This document shows positions 9,928 to 19,457 of a DNA stretch of 64,000 nucleotides, piece after piece. The translations under genes and the position numbers were made by a program. The notes under the pieces were generated by a model. The model saw only the letters and a list, made by a program, of their open reading frames with translations, was not told the DNA's origin and did not search any database. The stretch is taken from positions 64,001-128,000 of the forward strand of contig CBDAQI010000001.1 in NCBI GenBank assembly GCA_965198945.1. Direction: 5' to 3'. The DNA is from Thermodesulfobacteriota bacterium (GTDB lineage Bacteria > Desulfobacterota_D > UBA1144 > Nemesobacterales > Mycalebacteriaceae). The number at the start of each line of letters is the position of its first letter. Position 1 is the stretch's first letter.

Positions 9928-11404
9928 ATGACTTCAAACATTCTGAGTTGCGCCGTTCTGGGCGTTGAGGGCTACGTTGTGGAAGTTGAGGTGGACATGA
10001 GCGCGGGGCTGCCGGGTTTCACAACGGTCGTTCTGCCTGAGGGCGCGGTCAGAGAAAGCAAGGAAAGGGTCAGGTCCGCAATAAAAAACAGCGGTTTCAG
10101 GATACCTCCCAGGAGAATCACCGTAAATCTTGCGCCGGCAAATGTCAGAAAAGACGGATCTTCGCTGGACCTGCCTATCTCGGTTGGAATGCTTCTGGCC
10201 GCAGGGCTCATAAAACCTGTTGAAAACACCAAAGACTTTCTGATAGTGGGGGAGCTCTCGCTCGACGGCAGAGTGAAAAAGATAGGGGGTGTTCTTCCCA
10301 TGGTTTTTTGTACAAAACAAAAAGGCCTCAAGGGCGTTGTTGTGCCGGCCGGCAATGCCGCGGAGGCTTCTCTTGTTTCAAGGGCTCCGGAAAGTTGGAG
10401 CCCGAAGTTTTTGAACGGGAGGCTTTCCGCCGTTCGGAGGCTCAATACGGAGTTGACTTCAGCGAAGTCAAGGGACAGCATCAAGCAAAACGCGCCATTG
10501 AGATTTCAGCGAGCGGCGGGCACAACATCCTTATGGTCGGGCCTCCGGGTTCGGGAAAAACTCTTCTTGCGAGAAGAATACCCACAATACTTCCCGACAT
10601 GAGTTTTTCCGAAGCCATGGAGACTTCAAAAATATACTCCGTTTCCGGATTTCTGAGAGAGGGAATTCCGCTTTTGTCACAGCGTCCCTTCAGGTCTCCC
10701 CACCACACGGTCAGTGAAGCGGGTCTGATAGGCGGGGGCCCTGTTCCGCGCCCCGGAGAAATAAGCCTCGCTCATAACGGCGTTTTGTTTCTTGATGAGA
10801 TGCCGGAATTCAGAAGAGCCGCCATTGAAGCGATGAGGCAGCCGCTTGAAGACGGGGAGGTTGTCATATCAAGGGCCGCCACAACGCTTGCGTATCCCGC
10901 AAAATTCATGCTTGTCGGCGCAATGAATCCCTGCCAGTGCGGTCATCTGGGAGATTCCGTAAAACCGTGTGTGTGCCGCCCCGATCAGATCAGGAAATAC
11001 CGCAGCAAAATTTCAGGCCCCGTTCTCGACAGGCTTGACATGAACATAGAGGTTCCCGCTCTGAACTACGCGGAGCTTTCCGATGAAAGCCGGGGTGAGA
11101 GTTCGGCCTTCATCAGGGAAAGAGTGAACTCGGCAAAAAAAATTCAGAATGAGCGCTTCAGGGACACGGACTGTTTCTGCAATTCTCAGATGTCGCCGCA
11201 GATGCTCAAAAAAGTTGCCCCTCTTTCTGATTCATCAAAAAAATCCTTGAGACGGCTGTGGAAAAACTCGGACTTTCCGCGCGTTCAGACAGGATAACAA
11301 AGGTTTCAAGGACAATAGCGGATCTTGCGGGATGTGATGATATTTTGCCCGAGGACATAGACGAAGCGGTTCAATACAGGAGGCTTGACGGGTATTTTCA
11401 GTAA
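9928..11404 (+). pseudogene. comM: ComM/YifB Mg-chelatase-like AAA+ ATPase, disrupted
   Basis: Three reading frames: 9928-~10380 (VNLAPA, GELSLDG); ~10380-11240 (GPPGSGKT, FRSPHH, LFLDE); ~11240-11404 (LGLSAR..RTIADL..EAVQYR). Confidence 0.85.
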
Positions 11405-11451
11405 CTCCGCATTGACAAACCGCCCGCCGCCTGAAACAATTTTTGCATAAG

Positions 11452-12516
11452 ATGAGCGAAGATAACGATTCTTCAGACCATAGACTTTCTTCACCGCAAA
11501 GCAGCGCGCCCGCGGATGAGGCTTTTGTTGTCTCACGGGCTCTTGAAAGGTTCGGCACGGGCGTACTTCCGGCGCTTATTGTAGTCGGGCCGGGCGACGA
11601 TGCGGCGGTGCTTGATTTCGGCGCTCCAGAGTATTTTGTTGACAGTTGCGACTGCGCGGTTGAGGGAGTTCATTTCAGAAGAGAGTGGCTGGGGTTGGCG
11701 GGTTTTGACCATCCGTCCGTGGGCGCCCGGGCGGTTATCTGCGCCGCAAGCGATATTACGGCCATGGGTGCCTCTCCAAAAACGGTTCTCGTGAGCGCGG
11801 GGCTTCCCTCAGGCACTGAGAAGGGAGTTGTTGAAGCCCTTTTTGACGGGGTTGAAAAGGGTTGCAAATCGGTCGGCGCCGCCGTGACTGGGGGCAATGT
11901 GTCTTCGGCGCCGTTTATTTTTCTTGACATCAAGGTCACGGGCGAGACCGTGGGGCGCGCTTTTGTCCGCAACCGCGGGGCGGAGAGCGGGGATGGGGTT
12001 TTTATCACCGGAGAGCTCGGTGGTTCCGAAGCCGTGGTATGTGCGCTTGATGAAATGCTCTCGCTGGAAGGTGTCCGGCCCGATCCAAGCGTCTGTGCGC
12101 TGATTGAGAATTTTTGTTTTCCCTCTGCGAGGACGGATGTGGGTCTCGCCCTTTGCGGGGGCGCAATACCTTCCGCAATGACTGATGTGAGCGACGGGCT
12201 GTTCGCCGATCTCGGGCGCGTGGTCTCGCTTTCGGGCGCGGGCGCGGACATATTTCTTGAAAAAATTCCCGTCTCGTCCGCTTTCAGAGACGGCGCCCGG
12301 GGCGCCATTGTCGCGGGCGGTGATTATGAGCTTGTGTTCACCGCCCCGCCCGGCATGGCTGAAAAGATAACTGAGGTGTCGGACGGGTCGCATGTGAAGA
12401 TAACGGAAATAGGCCGCGTTACGGACTCAGGCGCCGTAAAAATTTTTGATTCGGCCGGTGAAGTTACCGGGTCTTTTGAGGGACCGGGCGGCTACCTCCA
12501 CAACGGGAAGAAATGA
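11452..12516 (+). CDS. thiL: Thiamine-monophosphate kinase
   Basis: GPGDDAA, VEGVHF, SDITAMG, DVSDGL, GGDYEL. Confidence 0.9.
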   Translation: MSEDNDSSDHRLSSPQSSAPADEAFVVSRALERFGTGVLPALIVVGPGDDAAVLDFGAPEYFVDSCDCAVEGVHFRREWLGLAGFDHPSVGARAVICAASDITAMGASPKTVLVSAGLPSGTEKGVVEALFDGVEKGCKSVGAAVTGGNVSSAPFIFLDIKVTGETVGRAFVRNRGAESGDGVFITGELGGSEAVVCALDEMLSLEGVRPDPSVCALIENFCFPSARTDVGLALCGGAIPSAMTDVSDGLFADLGRVVSLSGAGADIFLEKIPVSSAFRDGARGAIVAGGDYELVFTAPPGMAEKITEVSDGSHVKITEIGRVTDSGAVKIFDSAGEVTGSFEGPGGYLHNGKK

Positions 12517-13847
12517 GCGGCGTTTTTATCGGCACATTGACGGCATTTGTTCTTCTGTGCGTGTCCGCATTTTTCTGCCTCGCCGAGGGGTCTCTTTTTT
12601 CTCTGGGCAGGCATCAGAGGGAGAACTTGAGAAAAGCCGGCGGGAAAAAAGCGGAGCTCATAGAAGAGCTTCTGAGCAAGCCTGGTGATCTTATAGTCAC
12701 GGTTCTTTTTGCGGACGAGGCGGTCAACATAGCCTATTCGGCGGCCGTTGCGATGGTGGTTGCGAGCCTCATGAGCTCTTTTTCTTCCGAGGCCGTCACC
12801 GCCGTGTCCATCGCGGTGGCTTCTCCGGCCCTTCTGATATTCGGCGAGACGGTGCCGAAAACCCTCGCCGTCCGTTTTCCCTCAGAAGTGGCAAAGCGTC
12901 TGGCCGTTCCCTTGAGCTTCTTCCACCGCTTCATAACGCCGGTTCGCTGGCTGATAATAAAGTTTTCAAACCTCTTCATCCCCCGCGGTGACACGGACGG
13001 CGAACTGTCCCGTGGGCTCACGGAGGATTTCAGCGAAGAAGACATAGAAGCCCTTGTTCTGATGGGAAGGGAAGAGGGGGTTGTAAATGAGATAGAAAGC
13101 CGGTTTGCGGACCGGCTTTTCCGTCTGCGCGACATCTCAGTGCGCCGGATAATGACCCCGAACGTGCACTGTATGACTCTTGGCGATTCACTTTCGGCAC
13201 ACCAGATGCTTTATAAGATAAAAAAGGCTGGGTATTCAAGAGTGCCCGTCCATTCGGGAGACAGAAACGACATCAGGGGAGTAATATACGCCAAGGATAT
13301 GCTGCTTGATGTTCCCGAAGAAGAGGATTCTCTTGACAGATATATTCACCCCCCGTATTTCATCCCCGCAAGCAAGGCGGCTTTTGATCTTCTCAGAGAG
13401 TTCCGGCGCAGAAGAACCCATATGGCAATTGTTGTTGACGAATACGGAAGGTTTGACGGAATTGTGACGATGGAGGACATACTGGAAGAAATCGTCGGTG
13501 AAATTGAAGACGAGAGAAGCATCGCCAGAGCGCTGCCCTCGGCCAGGTGGGACGGTGGAAAACTGATTGTTCCGGGAAGCTACATGGTTGAAGATTTCAA
13601 CGACCTTATGCTTTTTCCGCTTATCAGATTTGTGGGCATAGAAAGGTTTTCCGAAGCCCTCTCACGGTCAGCCATCCCCTCCGGCGAAACGGTGGCGGGT
13701 TTTGTTTTCGGAAGGTTCGGCGCTCTTCCGTCCGAGGGTCAGAGCGTATTTCACGGAAGTCTTGAGTTCAGTGTGACGAAAATATCGGGCAGGAGAATCA
13801 GCGAAATAACCGTGGGCGTGAGGCCGGGAGAAAAAAATGAGTCTTGA
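12513..13847 (+). CDS. CNNM/CorB-type (DUF21-CBS-CorC_HlyC) membrane protein
   Basis: FGETVPKT, YSRVPV, AIVVDEYG..GIVTMEDILEEIVGEI. Confidence 0.88.
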   Translation: MSGVFIGTLTAFVLLCVSAFFCLAEGSLFSLGRHQRENLRKAGGKKAELIEELLSKPGDLIVTVLFADEAVNIAYSAAVAMVVASLMSSFSSEAVTAVSIAVASPALLIFGETVPKTLAVRFPSEVAKRLAVPLSFFHRFITPVRWLIIKFSNLFIPRGDTDGELSRGLTEDFSEEDIEALVLMGREEGVVNEIESRFADRLFRLRDISVRRIMTPNVHCMTLGDSLSAHQMLYKIKKAGYSRVPVHSGDRNDIRGVIYAKDMLLDVPEEEDSLDRYIHPPYFIPASKAAFDLLREFRRRRTHMAIVVDEYGRFDGIVTMEDILEEIVGEIEDERSIARALPSARWDGGKLIVPGSYMVEDFNDLMLFPLIRFVGIERFSEALSRSAIPSGETVAGFVFGRFGALPSEGQSVFHGSLEFSVTKISGRRISEITVGVRPGEKNES

Positions 13848-15060
13848 AGTCACGGTGGCGGCTGTTGTTCTGTGTCTCGCCCTTCAGGCTTTTTTTGCCG
13901 GTTCTGAGATAGCGCTGATATCCTGCGACAAAATAAAGATCAAAATGCTTGCAAGCAGAGGGTCCCGCTCGGCCCGTCTTGTGCTCAAATCCCACTCCGA
14001 GGTGGAGAACTTCCTCGGCACAACGCTTGCGGGAATCAACCTTTCCCTCATAACAAGCACGATAGTTCTGACATTCTACATAGAAAGCCGTTTCGGCGGC
14101 GGAGAGCTCTACTCGGTGCTGATTCTGTCTCCGCTTGTGGTTGTTTTCGGGCAGGTTGTTCCAAAATCCATCTTCCGCAAGAGGAGCGATTCAATGATAC
14201 TTTGGGTTATATACCCTCTCTGGACGGCGACCAAACTGTTCCTTCCGCTCACCTGGGTCGTCAACCTTTTCACGCGTCTGGCGCTGCGCCTCGCAGGCAA
14301 AAGGTCTTCGGTCACAAGGGATGAAATAATGGACGCCATAAGGGCGCACGGGGGTGAAACGTCCGACTCGGCCAAAAGGGAAATGCTCCGCAGGGTGTTT
14401 CTGTTTTCAGAGGTGACCGTCGGAGACATTATGGTGCCGCTCTCTTCGGTTAAAGCGCTTGCCGAATCCGCAACCGTTGCCGAGGCAACCGAGCTTGTGA
14501 GAACCACGGGCTATACCCGCATACCGCTCTACAGCGGCAGGCTTGACAAAATAACCGGTGTGCTGCACTCGTTTTTTCTGCTGAAAGGCTCGGACGACGC
14601 CTCTGCGACCGAGGTGGGCTCATATGCCTCAGAGGCTTTTTATGTTCCCGAACACAAACCAATTAATGAGCTTCTTGAGGAAATGAAAGCGGGAACCTCA
14701 ATGGCGGTCGTTGTTGACGAATACGGCGGAGCGGTGGGAATCGTAACACTTGAAGACATACTTGAGGAAATAGTCGGCGAAATAGAAGACGAGCATGACA
14801 AGGGTGAAAGCCTCTGGACAAGAACCGGAGCAAATGAATACCTCGTTTCCCCCGGCATCAGTGTGGAGCGCGTAAATGAGGACATCGGTGTCTCCATACC
14901 GGAGAGTAAAGAATACGAGACGCTGGGCGGATTTCTGCTCTCACGCTTCGGTCACATACCCCTTGAGGGAGACACTCTTGAAGCCTGCGGAGCCATCTTC
15001 ACCGTCAAATCCGCAACATCAAGGTCAATACAAAAGGTCAAAATCGCCCCAACAGGTTGA
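13837..15060 (+). CDS. Second CNNM/CorB-type membrane protein
   Basis: FFAGSEIA, FGQVVPKS, VVDEYGG..GIVTLEDILEEIVGEI, ETLGGF. Confidence 0.88.
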   Translation: MSLEVTVAAVVLCLALQAFFAGSEIALISCDKIKIKMLASRGSRSARLVLKSHSEVENFLGTTLAGINLSLITSTIVLTFYIESRFGGGELYSVLILSPLVVVFGQVVPKSIFRKRSDSMILWVIYPLWTATKLFLPLTWVVNLFTRLALRLAGKRSSVTRDEIMDAIRAHGGETSDSAKREMLRRVFLFSEVTVGDIMVPLSSVKALAESATVAEATELVRTTGYTRIPLYSGRLDKITGVLHSFFLLKGSDDASATEVGSYASEAFYVPEHKPINELLEEMKAGTSMAVVVDEYGGAVGIVTLEDILEEIVGEIEDEHDKGESLWTRTGANEYLVSPGISVERVNEDIGVSIPESKEYETLGGFLLSRFGHIPLEGDTLEACGAIFTVKSATSRSIQKVKIAPTG

Positions 15061-15103
15061 TATTTGACTTTTGTCTTATGATAATTCACCTTTGCCTTCA
15101 ACG

Positions 15104-15177
15104 GGGGATGTAGCTCAGTCTGGGAGAGCGCTGCCTTCGCAAGGCAGAGGTCGGGGGTTCGATTCCCCTCATCTCCA
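15104..15177 (+). tRNA. tRNA-Ala(CGC); CCA not encoded
   Basis: GGGGATG/CATCTCC acceptor stem with G3:U70, CTGCC-TTCGCAA-GGCAG anticodon arm, GTTCGATTC T-loop. Confidence 0.93.
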
Positions 15178-15232
15178 GATAATTGGAATTTTTGTTTTTT
15201 CTGTTTTTAACTTTATAAGTCGGAGGTGCCGG

Positions 15233-15868
15233 ATGCGTTTTTTACTGCTTTTTTCAGCGTCATTCTTTTCGTTTGGAGCTTCAGATGCTTCGGCCCACCA
15301 TCCTTGGGATGGCGCCGTGCTTACAAAGTGGTATCAGGGCTTGATTTCAGGCTTCGGACATCCCGTGCTGGGGCTTGACCATGTTGCTTTTCTCGTCGCC
15401 GTGGGGCTTTTATGCTCTCTGTGCTTCAGAGACAGAGGCGCTCTCTGGGCTTTTGTTCCCGCAACGATTGCCGGTGTTTTTGCATACCTGTTTCTTTCGG
15501 CCGGTCCGATGCAGATTCCGTTCTACGAAACGGCCGTCAGTCTGACGGTGGCGCTTGCGGGGGTTCTTGTGTTTTCGGGCGGTCTTCTGTCACGCAGGGT
15601 GGGGGTGTTTTTCGTTGGTCTTTTCGGGATATTCCACGGTTATGCCTACGGCGGTGGAATTGTCGGGGCGGAAAACTCTCCTTTTATTTTCTATCTCGCG
15701 GGTCTTGCGATTGTTCAGACGGCCGTTGTTTTCACAATTGCGTTTTTCGCTTCAAAACTTGAGCGGTTTCTTTCCGGCAGTCCCGGATATTCCAACGGTT
15801 TGCTGACAAAAGCCGCGGGCGCGCTTCTCTTTGCCGCCGGAACGGTTATGTCATTCCAGTCTCTGTAG
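15233..15868 (+). CDS. HupE/UreJ family Ni/Co transporter
   Basis: Signal peptide ending ASA-HH, SGFGHPVLGLDH, FHGYAYG; ATG 15233 after GGAGG. Confidence 0.88.
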   Translation: MRFLLLFSASFFSFGASDASAHHPWDGAVLTKWYQGLISGFGHPVLGLDHVAFLVAVGLLCSLCFRDRGALWAFVPATIAGVFAYLFLSAGPMQIPFYETAVSLTVALAGVLVFSGGLLSRRVGVFFVGLFGIFHGYAYGGGIVGAENSPFIFYLAGLAIVQTAVVFTIAFFASKLERFLSGSPGYSNGLLTKAAGALLFAAGTVMSFQSL

Positions 15869-15923
15869 ATTTCTTTTAAGTTTTGATAACGAAAAGCCGT
15901 TAAATATAGTAAGCTCCGTTTCC

Positions 15924-18518
15924 ATGAAAGACTCAAGCACACCGATGCTTGAACAATACAAGAGCATCAAAGCCCGTTATCCCGACTCAATACTTTTCTT
16001 CCGGCTCGGTGACTTCTACGAGATGTTCTTTGAAGACGCAAGGAAGGCGTCCGGAATTCTTGGAATCACCCTCACATCACGCAATAAAAAATCCCCAAAC
16101 CCGGTTCCCTTCTGCGGAGTTCCTTTTCACAGCGCCGAGGGCTATCTTTCAAAACTTCTTGAGAGCGGGCTTAAAGTTGCCATATGCGAGCAGGTGGAAG
16201 AGAACAAGCCCGGCAAACTTGTTGAAAGACGTGTTGTAAAGGTGCTGACTCCGGGAATGGTCGTCGGCTCGGAAAATCTTGATTCCAAAACCAATAACTA
16301 CATCGCCTGTCTCAACCGGGATGCTTCCGGCTTTCATCTGGCGCACTGTGACATTTCAACCGGAGACTTCGCGGTGTGTTCTTTTGAAAAAGAAACCGAA
16401 GCGCTCTCGGAGCTTATGAAGCTCGTGCCGTCTGAAATTCTGCTTGCGGAGGAAAACAGTGTTTGCCGTGGGGATGCGGCTGATTTTTCATGGAATCCGC
16501 TTTTCACCTTCAGGGAGGATCTGTTTGTTTCAAGCGAGCCCGGCGCGGCGTTGATGAAACATTTTGGGATCACATCACTCGGTGTGTGCGGATTTGAGGA
16601 AACCTCCGGCGCGGCTCTGGTGTGCTCGGCGCTTGTTGAGTATATGCGCGAGACGCAGATGCAATATATGCCCTCAATAAAGCCGCCGGTTTTATACGGG
16701 CCTGAAAACTGCGTCCGCATGGACGATTCCACGAGAAGAAATCTTGAGCTTGTAAGCCCGATGAACTCCGCTGACGGCCCGACCCTTGTAAAAGTTATTG
16801 ACCTCACACTCACCCCGATGGGCGGGCGTCTTTTAAGAAGGTGGATTGACTATCCGTTAAAAGATACGGCGGAGATTGAAAGCAGGCTTGGCGCGGTTGA
16901 AAGTCTCCTGCGGGACTCCGCTCTCGCCGGTCGGTTGAGAGAAGTGCTGAAGGGCGTGGGTGACATGGAGCGGCTTATCGGCAGGATATCAATCCCTTCT
17001 TCCAGGCCCAGGGATGTGGTTGCGCTGAACGATTCTCTTTTGAGAGCGGCTGAACTGAAAAGTATTCTTGCGGATTCAACCAACCCTTTTCTTTCCGGCA
17101 TCGGAGATGAAACCGATGACTTCTCACCCCTGACCGCCGAGATAAAAGCGACAATTTCAGATGAGCCGCCCGTCACCCTGAACGAAGGCGGTGTGATAAG
17201 AGACGGCCGCAATACGGCGCTTGATGAGCTGAGGCTTTTGAGGAAGGAAGGCAGAAACTGGATATCCGTCTTTGAAACCCGGCAGAGGGAAAGAACGGGG
17301 ATACCTTCTCTGAAAGTGGGTTATAACAGGGTTTTCGGTTATTACGTTGAGGTCAGAAAATCATCTCTCGGCATGGTGCCTCAGGACTATGTGAGAAAAC
17401 AGACCCTTACTTCCGGCGAGAGATACACGACGCCTGAGCTCTCCGGCTGGGAGGAGAAAATCAAGAGCGCCGAAGAGGAGATGCTTTGTCTTGAAAGAGA
17501 AATATTTGAGGATTTGAGGAAGGCTATCTGCTCGGTGGCCGAAAAGGTGCGCAAATGCGCCGGTCTGATTGCGGTTGCTGATGTTCTTTCCTGTTTTTCC
17601 GAAGTCGCGGTGCGAAACCGGTACTCAAAACCCGCCGTGAACGAAGAAGGTCTCATAGAGCTCTGCGGCAGCAGGCATCCGGTTGTTGAGCGGATAAGGG
17701 GGGCGGCGGATTTTATTTCAAACGACATAAAAATTGACCGCGATGAAAACAGGTTTCTGCTCATAACAGGCCCCAATATGGCAGGAAAATCCACGCTGAT
17801 AAGGCAGGTCGCGCTGACTGTTCTGATGGCTCAGATAGGGAGTTTTGTGCCGTGTTCAAGCGCAACCGTGGGAATTGTGGATAAAATTTTTACGCGGGTC
17901 GGCGCGTCTGACAATCTTGCCAGGGGACTTTCCACTTTTATGTCGGAGATGGTTGAGACGGCTTACATAATGAGAAACTGCACTTCGCGCAGCCTTGTAA
18001 TTCTGGACGAAATCGGGCGCGGCACCGGCACTTTTGACGGCATGAGCATAGCGTGGGCGGTGGCGGAATATATCCACAAAATCGGCTCAAGGTCACTTTT
18101 TGCCACTCATTACCACGAGCTTGCAAACCTTGCCGTATCAAATGAGGGGGTTAAAAACTACAATGTCGCCGTGAAAAAGAGCGGTGATGAGGTGGTTTTT
18201 CTGAAAAAACTTGTTCCGGGACCCTCAAACCACAGTTACGGAATTCAAGTCGCCTCTCTTGCGGGCGTTCCGCAGGAAGTCCTGAATTCGGCGCGCAGGA
18301 TGCTTTCGTCGCTTGAGGGCATGCGCTCACGAATGAGTGAGTTGATGGGAAACGAGCAAATGTCTCTTTTTCCCGAAGCCGCCGGAGAGGAAACTTCCCA
18401 CGGCGACCGTTTCGGCGATGCGGCCGAATATCTGTCAAAAATAGACACGATGAACCTCACCCCCGCGCAAGCCATAGAGGCCATTGAGGAGTTGAAGAGA
18501 AAAATTGGGTCTGAATGA
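15924..18518 (+). CDS. mutS: DNA mismatch repair protein MutS
   Basis: TPMLEQY, RLGDFYEMF, TGPNMAGKST, LDEIGRGT, FATHYHEL, SYGI.VA. Confidence 0.97.
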   Translation: MKDSSTPMLEQYKSIKARYPDSILFFRLGDFYEMFFEDARKASGILGITLTSRNKKSPNPVPFCGVPFHSAEGYLSKLLESGLKVAICEQVEENKPGKLVERRVVKVLTPGMVVGSENLDSKTNNYIACLNRDASGFHLAHCDISTGDFAVCSFEKETEALSELMKLVPSEILLAEENSVCRGDAADFSWNPLFTFREDLFVSSEPGAALMKHFGITSLGVCGFEETSGAALVCSALVEYMRETQMQYMPSIKPPVLYGPENCVRMDDSTRRNLELVSPMNSADGPTLVKVIDLTLTPMGGRLLRRWIDYPLKDTAEIESRLGAVESLLRDSALAGRLREVLKGVGDMERLIGRISIPSSRPRDVVALNDSLLRAAELKSILADSTNPFLSGIGDETDDFSPLTAEIKATISDEPPVTLNEGGVIRDGRNTALDELRLLRKEGRNWISVFETRQRERTGIPSLKVGYNRVFGYYVEVRKSSLGMVPQDYVRKQTLTSGERYTTPELSGWEEKIKSAEEEMLCLEREIFEDLRKAICSVAEKVRKCAGLIAVADVLSCFSEVAVRNRYSKPAVNEEGLIELCGSRHPVVERIRGAADFISNDIKIDRDENRFLLITGPNMAGKSTLIRQVALTVLMAQIGSFVPCSSATVGIVDKIFTRVGASDNLARGLSTFMSEMVETAYIMRNCTSRSLVILDEIGRGTGTFDGMSIAWAVAEYIHKIGSRSLFATHYHELANLAVSNEGVKNYNVAVKKSGDEVVFLKKLVPGPSNHSYGIQVASLAGVPQEVLNSARRMLSSLEGMRSRMSELMGNEQMSLFPEAAGEETSHGDRFGDAAEYLSKIDTMNLTPAQAIEAIEELKRKIGSE

Positions 18519-18840
18519 GAGGGTTTTGGGCATTGCCTCCCGGTTTCTTGAAAAAAGAGGCTTTCAAATTCTGGAAACGAACTTCAGGTGCAGACACGGC
18601 GAGATAGACATAGTCTGCCGTGACCGCGGCACTTTCTGTTTTGTTGAAGTCAAGTCACGCTCGGACTTCAGCCACGGTTTTCCGGAAGAGTTTGTTGACA
18701 GGCATAAAAGAGAAAAAATCACCCTCACTGCTCTTCACTATGTGAAGGAAAAACGTATTGAGACCGAGCCCATGCGTTTTGATGTTGTGACGGTTGACCT
18801 GTCAAAGAGCTGTGTGAACTTGATAGAAGGGGGCTTTTGA
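18505..18840 (+). CDS. yraN: YraN/UPF0102 family protein
   Basis: NFRCRHGEIDIV, FVEVKSR, RFDVV. Confidence 0.88.
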   Translation: MGLNERVLGIASRFLEKRGFQILETNFRCRHGEIDIVCRDRGTFCFVEVKSRSDFSHGFPEEFVDRHKREKITLTALHYVKEKRIETEPMRFDVVTVDLSKSCVNLIEGGF

Positions 18841-18856
18841 GGCGGAATAAAAAAAT

Positions 18857-18885
18857 TTGACACTTAAGTATAAAGGATTTATTAT
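18857..18885 (+). promoter_or_regulatory. sigma70 promoter
   Basis: TTGACA-17 nt-TATTAT. Confidence 0.6.
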
Positions 18886-18890
18886 ACAAG

Positions 18891-18962
18891 CCTAAGTTAG
18901 GGCAACTACTTAACTCCTCCTGCTTTTAGAAAAGCCGCGCGGACAACGCGCGGCTTTTCTAT
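18891..18962 (+). ncRNA. Candidate ~70-nt small RNA
   Basis: Promoter, then an ORF-less stretch containing CTCCTCCT, then a terminator hairpin. Confidence 0.4.
18928..18960. terminator. Intrinsic terminator, potentially bidirectional
   Basis: AGAAAAGCCGCGCG-GACAA-CGCGCGGCTTTTCT, perfect 14-bp stem. Confidence 0.75.
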
Positions 18963-19238
18963 CTGTAACTTCTGGCTTCCAGAACGCCGTGTTTTCAAGC
19001 CGGAGCGCAATCCGCTCCTGAAATTTATGTGGTCTGCTTTTGAGGAAATCAAGCGGGGGAAAGTTTAGTTTTCCACAAGCACAATGCCTTTCTCTCGCAA
19101 GCCGGGCGCGGGCAGTTATTTCGGTGCGGTGAAAAAAGGCAATCCAACCGGTCAACGGAAGAATTTTTTCCTAAAATATATCAGGGCTTCTGATTCCCGT
19201 TCGTCCGGGAAAGACGAAGCGCCGGCAGGTTTTTTAAC

Positions 19239-19445
19239 ATGGTTGATTTTTTAATTTTCACCGGCGGCATGGCGGCCGGGTTTGTTCTGGGCATGCTTTT
19301 TGACGGCTCGCGAATTGAGGCAAAGTCAAAAGCCAAAGCGCGGGAGAAGGCATTTGAAGCCGTCTACAAGGCACGCAGGGGTCTCAAGGCTTCGGATGAG
19401 GCCGGAAGAGAACTTCTTAAAAAAGTGGAATCACTTATTGATTGA
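19239..19445 (+). CDS. Small hypothetical protein with N-terminal membrane anchor
   Basis: 68 aa; hydrophobic N-terminus followed by a charged helix; fills an intergenic gap. Confidence 0.5.
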   Translation: MVDFLIFTGGMAAGFVLGMLFDGSRIEAKSKAKAREKAFEAVYKARRGLKASDEAGRELLKKVESLID

Positions 19446-19457
19446 TGCCGTTCTTTG

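Noticed and set aside
12513..15060. Tandem CNNM/CorB pair as a novel system
   Set aside because: Tandem pairs of this family are common in many bacteria
15178..15232. Cobalamin or Ni/Co riboswitch before hupE/ureJ, or an island att site at tRNA-Ala
   Set aside because: Only about 55 T-rich nt; no tRNA 3' duplication or integrase seen
15071..15232. Long N-terminal extensions in the ORF track (hupE, folD, dapL, hisC, mutS, tadA)
   Set aside because: They overlap tRNAs or neighbouring genes; downstream starts match family N-termini
18963..19238. Possible gene or remnant (ORF 18910-19155)
   Set aside because: No recognisable motif, and it runs through the terminator hairpin
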